A stretch of DNA of 64,000 nucleotides, taken from the NCBI GenBank assembly GCA_964016885.1, contig OZ024741.1, positions 165,602,001 to 165,666,000 on the forward strand. The letters are read 5' to 3'. The notes below the pieces were generated by a model. It saw only the letters and a program-made list of their open reading frames with translations, was not told the origin of the DNA and ran no database searches. Numbering within the stretch: position 1 is the first letter of the stretch; each line of letters starts with the position of its first letter. Source of the DNA: Eledone cirrhosa. Its lineage: Eukaryota. The position numbers and the translations under genes were made by a program. Below, in pieces: positions 15,967 to 30,350 of this stretch.

Positions 15967-16961
15967 CACCTGAAATGGAATTTGGGTACCTTCAACGAAG
16001 TGCACTTAGTTGCAAGAATGTGGGTTCAGTCCTCCAGTTTGATGATACTTCTCACCCATTCCCCCTTCCATCAATCTCAGAGACCTGAGGGGAGGGGGGG
16101 GGGGGGGGCAATAGTCTTTCCTCCCTGACTATCATTTCTACCAACTCATCTGGCATCTTAGAAGTAAATACATTTATGAATAAATTAATACAAATATCAG
16201 TAAAGTGTATGCAAGTTTATAGTGAATGTATAAATAAACTGTATATATAATGATTATATAGTGAAGGCATGTGGTTTAGTGGTTAGATAATTGGATTGAG
16301 AATCATGTGGTTGTGAGTTCAATTCCTGTGCTAGGTGATGCATTATGACCTTGAGCAAGACACTTTATTTCACGTTGCACCTTCTGCCAGGAGTTGTGAC
16401 CAGTAGACAGTATCAGCAATTGGAAAGACCAATCGAAACATTATTTCCTTGGTCTGATCTAATGAGTTCCACCCCAATCAGTAAGCAAATGAGGTCTGGC
16501 ATTTTGTTGATTCACATCATACTGATTTTGAATTTAGGTACAAGGCCAACAATTTGGCAGTAAAGGGAAATTGATTATATGGACCCCACTGCCATTATTT
16601 TATTGACCTCGGGAAGCTGAAAGATCAAGCTGATCTTGGACAGAATTGAACTCAAAATGCAAAGAACTGGAACAATATAGAGTCATCAAAGTATTTGTGT
16701 CCAATGGTCTGATGACCCTAACAATTCACCACCTTCTCTGTGTGTGTGTCGGTGGCCTAGTGGGAGGTATTAGAGATGGTGGAAATCCTGGTCTGGGGTT
16801 CAATCCGGGGGGGGGGGGGTCTTACTAAACTTTTGAAACCTTCTCCATTTCCTCCAGGCATGAACCTAATATAACTGTGTAAAATTGCCTCCTGTATTTT
16901 GTTTGTTTCATTTATTAACTATATATATATATCATCATCATCATCATATATATATATATAT

Positions 16962-17207
16962 TTACTCAGCTGTAGAAATGAGATGATAGGACTGGGGTCC
17001 CTATCATTCCACTGCAAAGTGGTCGTGGAGGTGCCACGGTAAAAAAGCACCCAGCCCACACTGTAAAGTGGATGAAGGCGCCACAGAAAAAAAGCACCCA
17101 GCACTCACTGTAAAGGAAGGGCATCCAGCTGTAGAAATCAAGTCAGAATCAGTTCCTGTCCCACCCTTGAAAGCAGGGAAAAGCGGACGTAAAATGATGA
17201 TGATGAT
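16962..17207 (+). mobile_element. 5'-truncated copy of the RTE-tailed CORE SINE
   Basis: Matches 6540-6766; flanked by TA runs. Confidence 0.8.
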
Positions 17208-19740
17208 ATATATATATAATAGGATAAAATAAACAGAAACACAGAACTCACACTTCATAAAAGCAACTCTTAAAGAATTCATCATGATATAGACTATATA
17301 TCTAAGATATGTCATCCTGTTATTGCCATTCTCTCTTACATGCAGCACCCTTCAAAAAATTTCAATTCAGTTTTATAACTGAACAAAAATACCTCTTCAA
17401 TTACACAATGGTACTCTATATTATAGCTAGAGTTTCATCTACGCTACACACAAGCGTAACAAAACACATCACTGCATCTTAAAACATTTCCAATTACTTG
17501 TTCATATTCCATTTAAGTTACACACCAGTTTAACAAAACACATGTCCCATTACACAGTGATCCATCATATAGTTCACATTTCATCTAAATTAAACACTAG
17601 CTTAACAAAACACTTTACCAAATATGCAATGGTCTTATCTAGAGTTCCTTCTAAGGTGCACACCAATGTATTTACACATATATAGTGTAACTAGTGTGAA
17701 AAAGAAATTAACTCTTTTATCGCCATATTAAATTAGTTGGAGACATTTTCATCTGACAGGGCTTACTGGAAGGAGTGTTTGAGGACTCTGCTCCAACGAC
17801 TCTTTAAAGGAGGAGGAGGAGGATTTTGAGGAATTTATTAAACTTATTAATTATTTCATTACAAGCATTGTCAGATATTAATAAAATAATAAAACAATAG
17901 ACAGTAACTTAACAAATGGCTCTTATATAATTTTGGTGGAAGATTTGAATTTAAATAGGAATCCTTTAAAATAGATGATTTGGGCGAGGTTGGTGCAAAA
18001 AGATTTAAATAATGTGAAATACATTTGTTCTAAACTCATACATATTTCTTCAGCTTTGTACATCTTTAAAATAAAATACTTCATACAATACAATCATGTG
18101 TTATATAACAAAGTATGGTTTCACCCGACAGCACACACTCACCTACATTAAATATACAATTATATGGTCCAATAGAGTTGTCTAAAAGTGGTTTTCACTC
18201 TATTATATTTGATTAGTGTCACTCAGTGTGTGTTAAAGGTTAAAACACTTAATCAAATATTATTTCATATAAAAAAAAGTGTATTTTCTATATCACTGAC
18301 ATTACCAAAAATGTTCTATCTATTGATATTAAGAATTTATGCTGTGGTTTTCACATTATTTCCTCAACTATTTCTATGTTGGTGGTCACATCATATTTAC
18401 TCTCATTGATGTCTACATCTTTTAAAAACCATCCGTTCACAGTTTAATATTATTTTACTGAAAATCATGTAAGTAATGACTCAGAGGTTCTTTGTTTGAT
18501 ACATTAAACAGAAGCTAAATAATTCCTATTTTGTATTTGTTTTGCAAGATTATGAATATAGAATCATCAGTTATAATAGATATCACTATGAATTTTTGAA
18601 AATTCTAACTTCTAGTGTACTTTTTCTTCAAGAGCATCCAAAAAGAAATATTTTTATACCTCATTTGTGAAATTTGGATGAAATTGTCATATTTTAGAAA
18701 ATATGACAATTTAAATGGTTAGCGAATTAGTTGAAATCTTGCCTAATTAGGCCTAAATGAATGATTATCCATATTTGTGTTGTCATATCTTTGAAACTGA
18801 GGTGATAATCATTTTTAAATTACACAAATTAATAGTGTCCATGGGATAACAGTTGTTTATTTTTTTCAGATTCTTGAGAATGAAACTTTCTTTTGGCAAT
18901 TTTTTTTATATTTCTGTAAAGCCTATTGTGTTGCATGTAACAAATAGTTGATTTTGTGATGCCAGCGTAAGCTCTTCATGTGTTTTTCAAACATAGCTAA
19001 ATCCAAAATTAGGTATAGAACTAAATAAATTGTGAGACATGATGCCATTTCAATAAAATGTTAATGGATTGTTAAAAATGGCTAAATTACAGTGATTAAA
19101 GGCAAGATTTTCCTGCTTTTTCAGACATAGTTATATTGCGATCCATTAACTGTAGGGGGCTCAGTTTTGATACACTGGTACAGAGTATAAAACTGATCTC
19201 TGTAAATTTGGATCTTTACAATACATTTAATACATTTAATAGGTATCCTGTGGAAGGGGATGACACACACAGTTTGCTTCATCATTTTCATGTCAAAATA
19301 CTTTTTTTCCGTGGACAATTATATAACACTAACACAAAAACCACCCTATGGGTGGTTTTCTGCTAACATATGTAGTGTGTATATTGATATTATACACAAA
19401 TATATATGCATGTAAATACGATACATCAAATAAAATCGTAATTGACAATATACTAAGAAATTGAACAAAGCCTATGTTACACTGTCTTCTGTAATCAGTA
19501 ATCCATGATATATAAAAAAAAAGACGATATTATATATAAACTGCATTAGGAGAAAATTAGCGACGGAAATATATGCGATTATAAGTGTTATAATATAACG
19601 GCCGCTAACCGGAAGTGTTGACATTTGATAATTTTAAAGAACTGAATTTTAAAGATTAAGCTATAAAATATATTTAATCAACAACCATGAAATTTAGCAC
19701 ATAAATTATGTAATATTCATTCATTATTTATTCAAAGTAA

Positions 19741-19933
19741 AAGGCGGTGGATTGGCAGCATCGGTAGAGGGTCGGACGCCATGCTTTCCAGCATAGTTAC
19801 GTCCCTTTACGATCTGAGTTCAAATCCCGCCGAGGTTGACTTTGCCTTTCATCCTTACGGGGTCGATAAAATAAAGTACCAGTAATGCACTGGAAAATTG
19901 CTGGCCTTGTGCCAAAAGTAGAAACAATTATTT
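19741..19933 (+). mobile_element. tRNA-derived Meta-domain-like SINE
   Basis: A box TGGCAGCATCGG, B box GAGTTCAAATC, central GCCTTTCATCCTTACGGGGTCGATAAAATAAAGTACCAG, tail GGCCTTGTGCC..AGAAACAATTATT. Confidence 0.85.
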
Positions 19934-22264
19934 ATTCAAAGTAATCCAACTTATTTTACAAACGGGGTAAAAAAATATATTCTGAATGCAATCCTGCAGA
20001 CCTTCCTTTATTATAAGATTTGAAGCATGTGAACTTTCTTCTCATATACTTTTGATCAAAAGCTGACTCTTACATATCATGCCAGGTCGTCAATTCTATA
20101 CAGTCATTGCCAAGGCTTAAAAGTTAACAAAGGTGTTACTAACAGTCCTGTTACAAATTATTCAATTGTTTAAAATTATTAATGAAACTTTCTCAGAATT
20201 GCCTGTTGATCTAGCTTAAATTACAAACAAAATATGAAAACTAATTCCTGTAATCAAACTCGTTAGCAGGAGAGAGAGAAAAAATATAAACGAATCGGCA
20301 CAACTTGTGAAAATTATCCCGATTATTCAAGATCGGAAAAAAAAAAAATCAACATCACATCGGACTTTAATAGTCCACAAAATAATATTCATTGGAGAAA
20401 TTTGACAAATATTTCCCAAAGGAAAACGAAAATTCTGACCTCGCTCTCCACATGTTAAAACAACGAGAGGGAATAAACAACATTCTCAATACAACGACTC
20501 CATGCTAATTTGGAGCTCAAGAAGACTTATGTAGTTCAATTTAGTACATTTTGATAGGAATAGGAATATATGTTTACTTAACAATTAACTCGTCCATTTC
20601 TTGAAATTCTGGCTCAAACTCAATATTTGAAGCCTTGAATTCAAGGTTCTGTTTCAGAATATGTTATTTTGACATATAGTGTCAATATGTGTTACAAACA
20701 TCCATGGTATTCCCCTTTTTATTGACTTTGTGCTTTTGTGCCAACTTGTGGTCGGAATCGGCAATGGCCATATTGAATTTGTAAGAAATTTGTCTTTCTT
20801 ATGGTACAAAAATCTTGAAGAAAATATGTTCTTTTCTAAGTGAAAATTAACAATAAAATGTTCACTTTTATATTTCATAACGATTATCTGACCTACCCCC
20901 ATTGATTTTTATATCAAAATAAAGCAAAAACAGTCCCCTTCATGGTTGTATCATTTTCAACACAAATCAAGTTATAGTGCTCCAGCACATTGAAATAGAA
21001 CTACCATTACTGTTCAGCAGTCATAAACGAAAATGGGACAAAAGTTGTAAGTGGGTGGAAATATGAGGGTGATTGAGGGGATCTGGCATCGGATTTTGAT
21101 GAAACGTATATGAGAAGAAAATGGCCGTGGAAAAAATGTATTTTGACATGTAAATGATTGAGCAAAAAAATGGATTTTTCCATGGTGATACTCTGCTTAT
21201 CGCCCTTCTCAGAGCTCTTCTGTGATACCCAGTTATAACCAATAAAGCTGCATTTTGGGAAGGTAATTTTCTGAATTATAAACGCACATACTATTTGTAT
21301 AACCCACTTCTGTTAATTAACTTTTTAACCATTTCATTACTACATTTCTAATGAAAGACATTGACAATAATTTTCAAAACATTTTGAAAATAATCTTGAA
21401 TTACTTCCTGCACACTGCTCATGGCCACCTATTTGTTCTTTTCATCTCACCAAATACTCTACCACTTGTTATTACATTTGTCTTTACGCTATACACCTTC
21501 ACTATGGATGCAGCATGGCTGAATGGTTAAAACGTTCACTTCACAATCATTAGGTTCTAAGTTTGATGCCACTGCATGGCATCTTGGGCAAATGTAATTT
21601 ACAATAGCTTCAGTGAAATTAGGTAGACAGAATCTATATGGAAGCCTGTCAGATAGACAATACTTTTTCATGCTGAATCAATCGGTGAATTAGATTAACC
21701 CTTTAGCATTTAAACTGGCCATATCCAGCCAGAATTCTCTCCGCCGGCTGCTCATACGAATATTAAAGTATTGTTCTCAAAATAAATAATATCAAAATTT
21801 CGTAGATTCAATATTATGTGAGATAAAGCCTTAACTGTGAAAATACAATAGTATATATAGAATGTAAATGCTAAAGGGTTAAGGGTACAAGTGTTTGTGG
21901 AATGCTCAGCCACTTACACATTAATTTCATGAGCAGGCTCCATTGATGGAACAACTAGAACACTCATCAACAAAAGTGATGAAGGTTCATTAGAAATTCA
22001 CATTCATTACTTTAGCCTCCATACATTTCTTCCAGTTATTCATCATCTCCCTCAGTCCATCCATACTCTTCAGTATTAAAACCAGCTCATCTGAGTACAG
22101 CAACAAGCATGCTAAACCCTCTTTATAAGCCAGATGAAGCAACCAAGCTGAAACTTCGAAGTCACAGACACTTTTCTAATTAAATAATCAAATTTACACA
22201 CAACCCACCATTATTAAGCATTCATTCAGTTAATGTTTTATATACTAAGGTATTTTAAATATAC

Positions 22265-22321
<57 letters not shown>

Positions 22322-22419
22322 CAGGGGGTTGTAACTTGGAGTTACTGCAGTTCACCCAGGAGAGCACTCGATGTTTAGGTTCACTTCTGTGATGAGGTGT
22401 AGAGCTATACAGAGTGTAA

Positions 22420-22643
22420 TATATTGAAAGGATAACAAGGACGATTGATTTCTCCTTCATTGCATTTATTGATAGGTGACGCGCATTTCGCCACTGGTCA
22501 GCTCAAGGTTCGATCTGTATCGATCCTACCCGACTCGGGTAGGTTCAATACAGATCGAACCAGTGGAGCTGACCAGTGGCGAAATGCGCGTCACCTATCA
22601 ATAAATGCAATGAAGGAGAAATCAATCGTCCTTGTTATCCTTT

Positions 22644-22650
<7 letters not shown>
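22420..22650. repeat. Near-perfect ~230-bp palindrome (fold-back)
   Basis: TATATTGAAAGGATAACAAGG...CCTTGTTATCCTTTCAATATA, centred on CCCGACTCGGG at ~22534. Confidence 0.95.
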
Positions 22651-22679
<29 letters not shown>

Positions 22680-22681
<2 letters not shown>

Positions 22682-22965
22682 GTAAAAACCTCTTCGTCAC
22701 AAATGACCATGCGATTTGCACCTAGAAAGTTCCCCTCCGAGGCACAAGTCCAGGCAAGGTTGCTTGTGGAAGACCAGTCACGCATTCATACCAGCCTCCC
22801 CTCTCTATGTTACCAATGTTGTCCAAGGGAAAGACAATGGCCGATACAGCTTGGCACCAGTGACTTTGCAACTCATTTTTACAGTTGAGTGAACTGGAGT
22901 AGCGTAAAATGAAGTGTTCAAGAACACAAAACAACACTTGGTCCAAGAATCAAACTCACAACCAT
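22680..22965 (-). mobile_element. CORE SINE with a third tail type (tail also at ~59745-59921 on +)
   Basis: On the minus strand: B box, CORE, then GGAGGCTGGTATG..GGTCTTCCACA..TTTCTAGGTGCAAATC..TTTACC tail. Confidence 0.7.
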
Positions 22966-23137
22966 TATTATTGTGCTTCCAACTAGCTTCTGTCTAACTA
23001 AATTCGCAGACAAAGCTTAGGTCAAATTGAGGCTATGGGAGAATACACTTGTCCAAAGTGCCTTACAGCAGTATCAAGTTCAAAACCTTCTGAGTAAACT
23101 TTTTAACTACTATCATATACAAATAAGCCTATATATA

Positions 23138-23498
23138 GGATCGAGATCTTTGGCGTTATGCAGTTGTACAGAAGATTCACCTTCCCTTGGATACAAACCT
23201 ACAGTCAGTAGACACCTCTTAAGCCAATATACACCCCATACCACACACCTTACCCCATACTCCCATTTCCATCCATTGTGTAGGTGACACAACAAAAAGC
23301 ACCCAGTCCACACTGTAAAGTGATCGTGTAGGAGACATGGTAAAAAGGCTCCCAGTCCACACTGTAAATGTGGTTGGTGTTAGGAAGGGCATCCAGCCGT
23401 AGAAAACCTGCCAGAGACAGTTCTGCATCAAATGAAACAAAATCGTCTAACCCATGCTAGCGTGGAAGATGGACATTAAACGATGATGATGATGATGA
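23138..23498 (+). mobile_element. RTE 3' UTR fragment
   Basis: Matches 27498-27951. Confidence 0.8.
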
Positions 23499-24461
23499 TA
23501 TGCACACACACACACCCAACATAAATGCATATATACATAGTGCTTGATACACACACAAACACTTGCTTGTCTACCATATATCTACCTAATGTCTACGATA
23601 GGTATATATTTCTTTATAGTTTAGTGATGAAGATGTAGTGCCCTGTCCATGACTCCCACCACTATCAAAGTCTAAAAAGAGCGAGAATCTATCAACACTA
23701 AGAGAGTTTTAACTCTTTTGTTACCTAAATTCTAATAAAAGACACTGCCTATTATTTTCAAATAATTTTGGAGAGATTTAGTAATAGAACTAACTTTCTT
23801 ATTATTAAGTTGTTTGGAACATAACAAAGGCTCTTAGATAAAATTTTGATGGAAGGGTTTTAGATGAATATAATAAACAGTTTAAAATATACAGTTTTGT
23901 ATATTTTAGAATCAGAGGTGGTTTCAGTCAGTTTGGTATCAAAAGGGTTAAACCGAGACAAATACAGTGATGAAGCAGAACTGAAAGCTGTCAGCCATCC
24001 CAACAGCTTCTATCAGCTTACAAACATTGTTATCTGTCATCTAATATACCAACAGATAAATCAAACAATGTCTTTAATATCCAGACAGTTAATCATCCTT
24101 GTTGTGTTCAATCTTTCTAGTAAGTTAAAGAACCTCTAATCACATCATGATGGATGAAACCAAAGAGAGTTATTATAGTAAACCATGTATAAATATATTA
24201 ATTCCAGTAGTCTGCAAGTATAGAAACCCCCTCCTCCTCCCCACCACCACCACCACACACATATCTAAACAAACACATATACACATACATCCATATACAC
24301 CCATGTAGTCATTATTTTAACATCTGTTTCTCCTGTATATCAATACTCAATAAAATTATAGAAATTAGCATATGCAACAGAAAATTTGTATTTTCGTTTA
24401 TTAATAATGTGTATATATGTATGTATGTGTCTGTGTCTCTCTCTCTCTCTATATATATATA

Positions 24462-24499
<38 letters not shown>

Positions 24500-24503
<4 letters not shown>

Positions 24504-25108
24504 CATCATCATTTTTATGTCTGTTTTTACATGCTCACATGGGTTGGATGGGTTCTTCTCAGCACAGCATCTCTCCACTCACCGCTTTTCTTTGTTATCT
24601 ACTCTGTAAGTCTCAGCGATTTGAGGTCAGCTCTTACCACCGCTGCCTGGGTCTTTCTCAGTTTACCTCTACTGCAACATCCTTTCACTGGCATTTCCTG
24701 GCAATTCTTCACACATCAATCATTATCCATGTGCATCACATGTCTGTACCAATGCTGTCTTCTCTCATGTACATCACCTCAGATTCCTCTTAAATTCAGT
24801 TTCTCTTTCAGTTCATCCAAGCTCTGCCTTTCTCTCACATTTACATTGCAGATCCAATGAAGCATGGCTGCTTCATTTCTCTCTAGTCTACGCATGTCTT
24901 CTGTAGTCATTGCTCATATTTCACTACCATACAGTATCAAACTTCACACACAGTTGCCTTTTTATATATATGGAGAATCCTTTTGTTGTCAACAGTGGAT
25001 GTAGCTATCTAAACTTCTCCCATTCTATCCTTATTCTAGCCCTCTTCCACTGCTAATTAAGTCACCTAGATAGCAGAAGCTACTAATCACTGCTATGGAC
25101 CCTTCCTG
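24500..25108 (-). mobile_element. Old degenerate RTE 3' fragment
   Basis: Reverse complement encodes remnants of SFCYLGD, RLERNEA and WYRHVM; degenerate (GAT)n tail. Confidence 0.8.
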
Positions 25109-25549
25109 TGACTATACATATATATAGATATATATATAATCAACAGATAATGTCCTTTTACCCTGTTAGCAAGGGTTGGTTGGATGAGTAGTCACAGACC
25201 AAATTATTGCTTAATTGTAGCTACTGAGCTCTGAGACAGGCCAGGGGCCAGATCTCATTGTCATACATACCTATACTCTACAATGTGCACTGTGCATTAG
25301 AGTGCAATAACGTTATGTAAGTAAGCTGCACTCATGGGCCCATGTGAGAGATCAATGACTACAAATAAGTACTTGCTTATATGTATGTGTGTAGTATTGG
25401 TGCCACAATAAAATGTACCCAGTGCACTCTGTAAGGTGGTTGGCATTATGAAAGGTATCCAGCCATATAAACCATGCCAAATATAAAATGTATGAGCAAA
25501 ACTGGGCCACTCCATCCAAAAATGAGGATTGTACATGAGTATGCTTGTA

Positions 25550-25589
<40 letters not shown>

Positions 25590-25702
25590 GTTCAAGAAAA
25601 CGACAAAACAGAGATACAAAGTCTTATTAGTTTCATGCTTTATATGGAAAAGGGGAAAGAAAGTTTGACGTGACTGGCTTTAGCCTTTATATATATATAT
25701 AT

Positions 25703-27950
25703 ATTCAGGATTGCTAGGCAATGTGTCAAGGAAAACCGTGATATTGTCGGGGAGAAGTGTGTCCGTAATCTTGATGGTGTACTTGCCATCACTGACGCTG
25801 ATAAGAAGGTAGCTTGGAAGTGTCACTACAAAAGGCTACTAAATGAGGAGAATAAATGGGAAAAAGATAGTCTGCCCCACATCGATGCAATAGAGGGACC
25901 AGCAGTGCAAGTTGAAGGTAGTATAATAAGTAAGGCAATCAAAGATATGAAGACAGGTAAGGCGGCTGGGCCTTCGGAGATAGTTGCTGAAATGCTGAAA
26001 GCATCTGGAACGGTGGGACACACTATGGTCACCCGGATAGTAAACCAAGTCATACAGAACGGGGTCATACCAAATGACTGGTGTAGCAGCATCATCATTA
26101 ACTTCTACAAGGGTAAAGGAGATGCCCTAGATAGGGGAAACTAAAGAGGCATTAAATTAATTGACCAGGTCATGAAGGTCACAGAAAGAGTTATAGCGCA
26201 ACTAATCAGAGAGCAAATTGATCTAGATGAAATGCAGTTTGGGTTTCTGTCAGGTAAAAGTACCACAGACGCCCTTTTACTTGTACGATAACTACAGGAG
26301 AAGTAAATACCTATACTTAGCTTTTGTTGACTTGGAGAAAGCATTTGACAGAGTACCCCGTTCCATTATCTGGTGGACTCTGAGGAAAACTAGGGGTTGA
26401 TGAATGGCTTGTGAGAGCTATACAAGCCATGTATAAGAAACAGTTAGCAAGGTTAGAATTAACAACGAATATAGTGAAAAATTCAGTGTAAAAGTTGGTG
26501 TTCATCAAGGCTCTGTCCTTAGCCACCTCCTACTTATTATTGCCCTTCAGGCTATAACAGAGGAGTTCAAGACCGGCTGCCAATGGGAACTCCTATACGC
26601 AGATGATCTAACGCTCATAGCTGAATCAATGGCTGAACCAGAGAAGAAATTCCAAACATGGAAGCATGGCCTAGAATCAAAAGGCCTTAAAGTTAACTTG
26701 TGTAAGACTAAAGTTCTAGTATGTAGGAAGGAAAATAGGGCACAGGTCTCCTCTGGAAATTGGCCATGTTCAGTGTGAAGGAAAGGAGTAGGCAGAAATT
26801 CCATTTTATGTCCCAAATGCAAAGTATGGGTGCATAAAAGATGTAGTGGGATCGCAGGTAAGCTATCTAAGAACGTAGATTTTATATTTGGCTGGTGCTC
26901 AGGTGCAATAAGTAGCAAGTGCCCACAGGAAACTAGCTCCTTCTATTGCCCAGATGGATCTATAGAAATAGTGGACACCTTTCGTTACCTGGGTGACAAA
27001 ATCAGCAGTGATGGCAGGTGCTCAGAAAGTACAGTAGCCAGAGTCAGAACGGGATGGAAAAAGTTCAGAGAGCTTATCCACTATTGGCCACTAAAGGTTT
27101 CTCTCTAAAAATGAAAGGCAGACTGTATGATGCCTGCATACGAACAGCAATGCTACATGGCAGTGAGACATGGGCATTGTGTGCAGACGATTTGCACAGA
27201 CAGGAGAGGAACGAAGCATGCATGCTCTGCTGGATGTGTAATAGTAATATACGTGAACAGCAAAGCATAAATGAACTAAGTGAGAAATTAGGTATAAGAG
27301 GGATCAGATCTTGTTTACTCGAGAGAAGACTACGTTGGTGTGGTCACGTGATGCGCATGAAAGACGACAGCTGCATAAAAAAAGTGCAGGGAGATCAAAA
27401 GTGACGGAAGTTAAGGAGTAGGCAGACCCAGAAAAACCTGGGATGATCTGATAAATTCCTACCTTACACACTTACACCTCTCTAAGACAATGTCACTGGA
27501 TCGAGATCTTTGGCGCTACGCAGTAATACAGAAAACCCGCTTTGCCTAAGTACAAAGCGAAACCTACAGTCAGTAGGCACCTCTTAACCAACTATACACC
27601 CCACTACCCCTACTCCACCCCACCCCCACTCCCACCAACACCACCCTTTCTCTGTAAAGTTATGTTGGTACCACAACATCCAGTCCTAACTAATGAGGTC
27701 GTGTAGGTGTCACGACAAAAAAAAACACACAGTCCACGCTGTAATGTGGCCGTGTAAGTAACACGGTAAAAACCTCCAGTCCACACAGTAAACGTGGTTG
27801 GTGTTAGGAAGGGCATCCAGCCGTAGAAAACCTGCCAGACAGTCCTATACGAGCGAGACGACCAATCTTGCCTCAAGTGGGACAATTCCCGTCTAAACCC
27901 ATGCAAGCGTGGAAGATAGACGTTAAACGATGATGATGATGATGATGATG

Positions 27951-27951
<1 letters not shown>
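25703..27951 (+). mobile_element. 5'-truncated, frameshifted RTE copy related to subfamily B
   Basis: Colinear with 8352-10589, with stops and frameshifts; (GAT)n tail; TA flanks. Confidence 0.92.
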
Positions 27952-27981
<30 letters not shown>

Positions 27982-28442
27982 TACATATATATACACACAC
28001 ACATACATATATATGTGTGTATGCGTGTGTGTATAATTTCTTGGTGTGCCACAGGTGAATAAAATATGTACAATATACTAAACTGGTACTTCCTTCCGAC
28101 TTACTTAGTTTTTAAGTATGTGAGAGAGAGAGAGAGAGAGAGAGCATTAAATTATTTGATTATTTTGACTTTAGTTTACTATAGAACAATATTATATGAG
28201 CTAGTTATATGTAGTCTTTCAAACAGTTTACACTAGATGTGTGTGTGGATGTTTGTAACCTCACGTTGATCAATGACTATGAGTAGAATTTGGTAAACTA
28301 AAGCTGAGCCAAAGTTTGTCATATCTGTGTGTGCTTCTTTATGCCCCATAACTTAGGGGTTCAACAAAAGAAATCAACAAAGTAAGTACCAGACCTCAAA
28401 AACTAAGTTCTGAATTTTTTCAAACACACTCACACATATATA

Positions 28443-29309
28443 CAGGGTGCGGACGATATTTGTTCGCAAGATTACTGCCTAGGAAAAAAATAACACAGTT
28501 TTATTTTTTAAGATATATTTATCAAACGTGGGTCAGTTTGTCTCACTCGATAAACCCGCCATTGGCTTTGATAACGGCCTCAAGGCGGCCTCGGAACCGG
28601 TTACAGGCCTTCGTCACTGTCCCCCGACTTAGGCCCCTAAAGGCACTTGTGATCCTGGCCTTCAGATCGTCTTTCGCATTGCAGCTAGATCTGTTGGTGT
28701 CTCGTTCCACTGCGCCCCACACAAAGAGGTCGAGGGGGTTGCAGTCAGGCGAGCTGGGAGGCCAGATCTCAGGTGAAGTATGGTCGATGAAGTTCTCTGA
28801 CAGCCAGGCTTGGGTCTTTCAGCTGGTATGGCAGGGCGCTGAGTCTTGCTGCCACACGTACAGCCTACCTGCAGCTACCTGGTCGATCCAGGGCTTTACT
28901 ACCTCGCTCAGAACGTGGATGTAGCCATCGGTGTTCAGCTTGAGGCCCTCAGGGAAGAAGTGAGGTGGCATGACGTCACCTTGACTGCTGACAACACCTA
29001 AGACCAATGTTTTCGCTGGAGACTTTGTCTGCATGACTCTGGGCACATCTTTGGATGAGACAGTGAGCCACCTGTTGTTCTGGGAGTTGATCTTCTGGTC
29101 CTTATTTGTCCTCCCAGCACGGATTCCAAGAACTCTGTGTCTCTTCCACAAATTCGGAGGTTCAAAATTATTCATAATTAATTATTCTAAAAATAAATAA
29201 TGGAAATATAGTCACTGTTTTTATGAAGACAAAAGTGACAACGGAAGTAAAAAAAAAATTGCATAAAATTAGCAGTTGAAGATTGCGAAAAATTATCGTC
29301 CACACCCTG
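28443..29309 (-). mobile_element. Internally deleted Tc1/mariner transposon, DD37D (maT-like)
   Basis: TIR CAGGGTG(C/T)GGACGATA with TA flanks. Minus strand reads WQQDSAPCHTS*KTQAWLSENFIDHTSPEIWPPSSPDCNPLD, with 37 positions between the catalytic Asp residues. Confidence 0.9.
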
Positions 29310-29611
29310 TATATATATATATATATGGAGTTGCAACCGATAGATAGTATTAGCAATTGGAAAGACCAACGGAAACATTGTTTTCTCGGTCCGATTTGAC
29401 GAAAGTCGATCGACAAAAAAATATATATATATAGGAAAAAGTTTAACACTGACGGCAGAGCTCAAGCCATTTCAACGGCTATTTCTGGATGTCGAAACGG
29501 CTTGAGCTCTGCCATCGGGGTTAAACTTTTTCCTATTACCCACTCTACTACCCTAAGTATTGAGTACTCTGGTGTGTTATGGTCCATCTGGTTCCTTACC
29601 ACGCCTCCTTC

Positions 29612-29649
<38 letters not shown>

Positions 29650-30350
29650 TGGGTATTCAAATTACCATTGCACTGAAAACATTCAAGTATTAACTGTGTA
29701 CTCAATATGTGTAAGTAAGGTGTAAATTTTATTTTCTGTGTATAAAATAAGTAATGACTTTGAGGTTTCAACTTGGTTGTTTCATATTCACACACACACA
29801 CACACAGACACACTTATATCATCATCATCATCATCATCTAACGTCCATCTTCCACTCTATGTAAAACTAAAATGTAAAGTAGTCTTGTTGATGAAAAAAA
29901 AAACCCAGTCCACCCTGAAATGTCGTCGTGTGACCCATTGGCAGATCTCACACAATGCAGCCTCGACAGATGAATACTGGTTGATTATGGCAGACAATTG
30001 ATACACCCAGGACACCATAGAGAAATACCAATGTATGGAACATTACATTATGTAACATTCTTTCCTTATTATATTCCTTTGAAGTTCTGGTGAGCCGCTC
30101 TGTCTTTAAATATGTTAATTATTTTCAACTGAACCAGATCAATAATGATATATAGTCATCTGATCCAGAAATATTATATGGAGTAGCAAAACAATTGTAA
30201 ACGGACATTATTATTATTAATATTACTATTATTATTCTCTACATTCCTTACATCAAACTAAAATATGTTGACAATCTTTTAATAATGTCTTCCTTGTGAA
30301 ATGTGTGGTCTTGTTTTGCTTAACTAATGAATACATAAATATATATATAT

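Noticed and set aside
18681-18712. 32-bp palindrome AAATTGTCATATTTT-AG-AAAATATGACAATTT
   Set aside because: AT-rich and isolated; probably part of an old DNA-transposon remnant, with no supportable function.
20578-20648. Possible minus-strand exon NLEFKASNIEFEPEFQEMDELIV
   Set aside because: Weak donor site, an implausibly short adjacent intron, and no recognisable homology.
21160-21220. KNGFFHGDTL resembling the RT motif GxxQGDxLS
   Set aside because: Too short, bounded by stops, and with no other RT motifs nearby.
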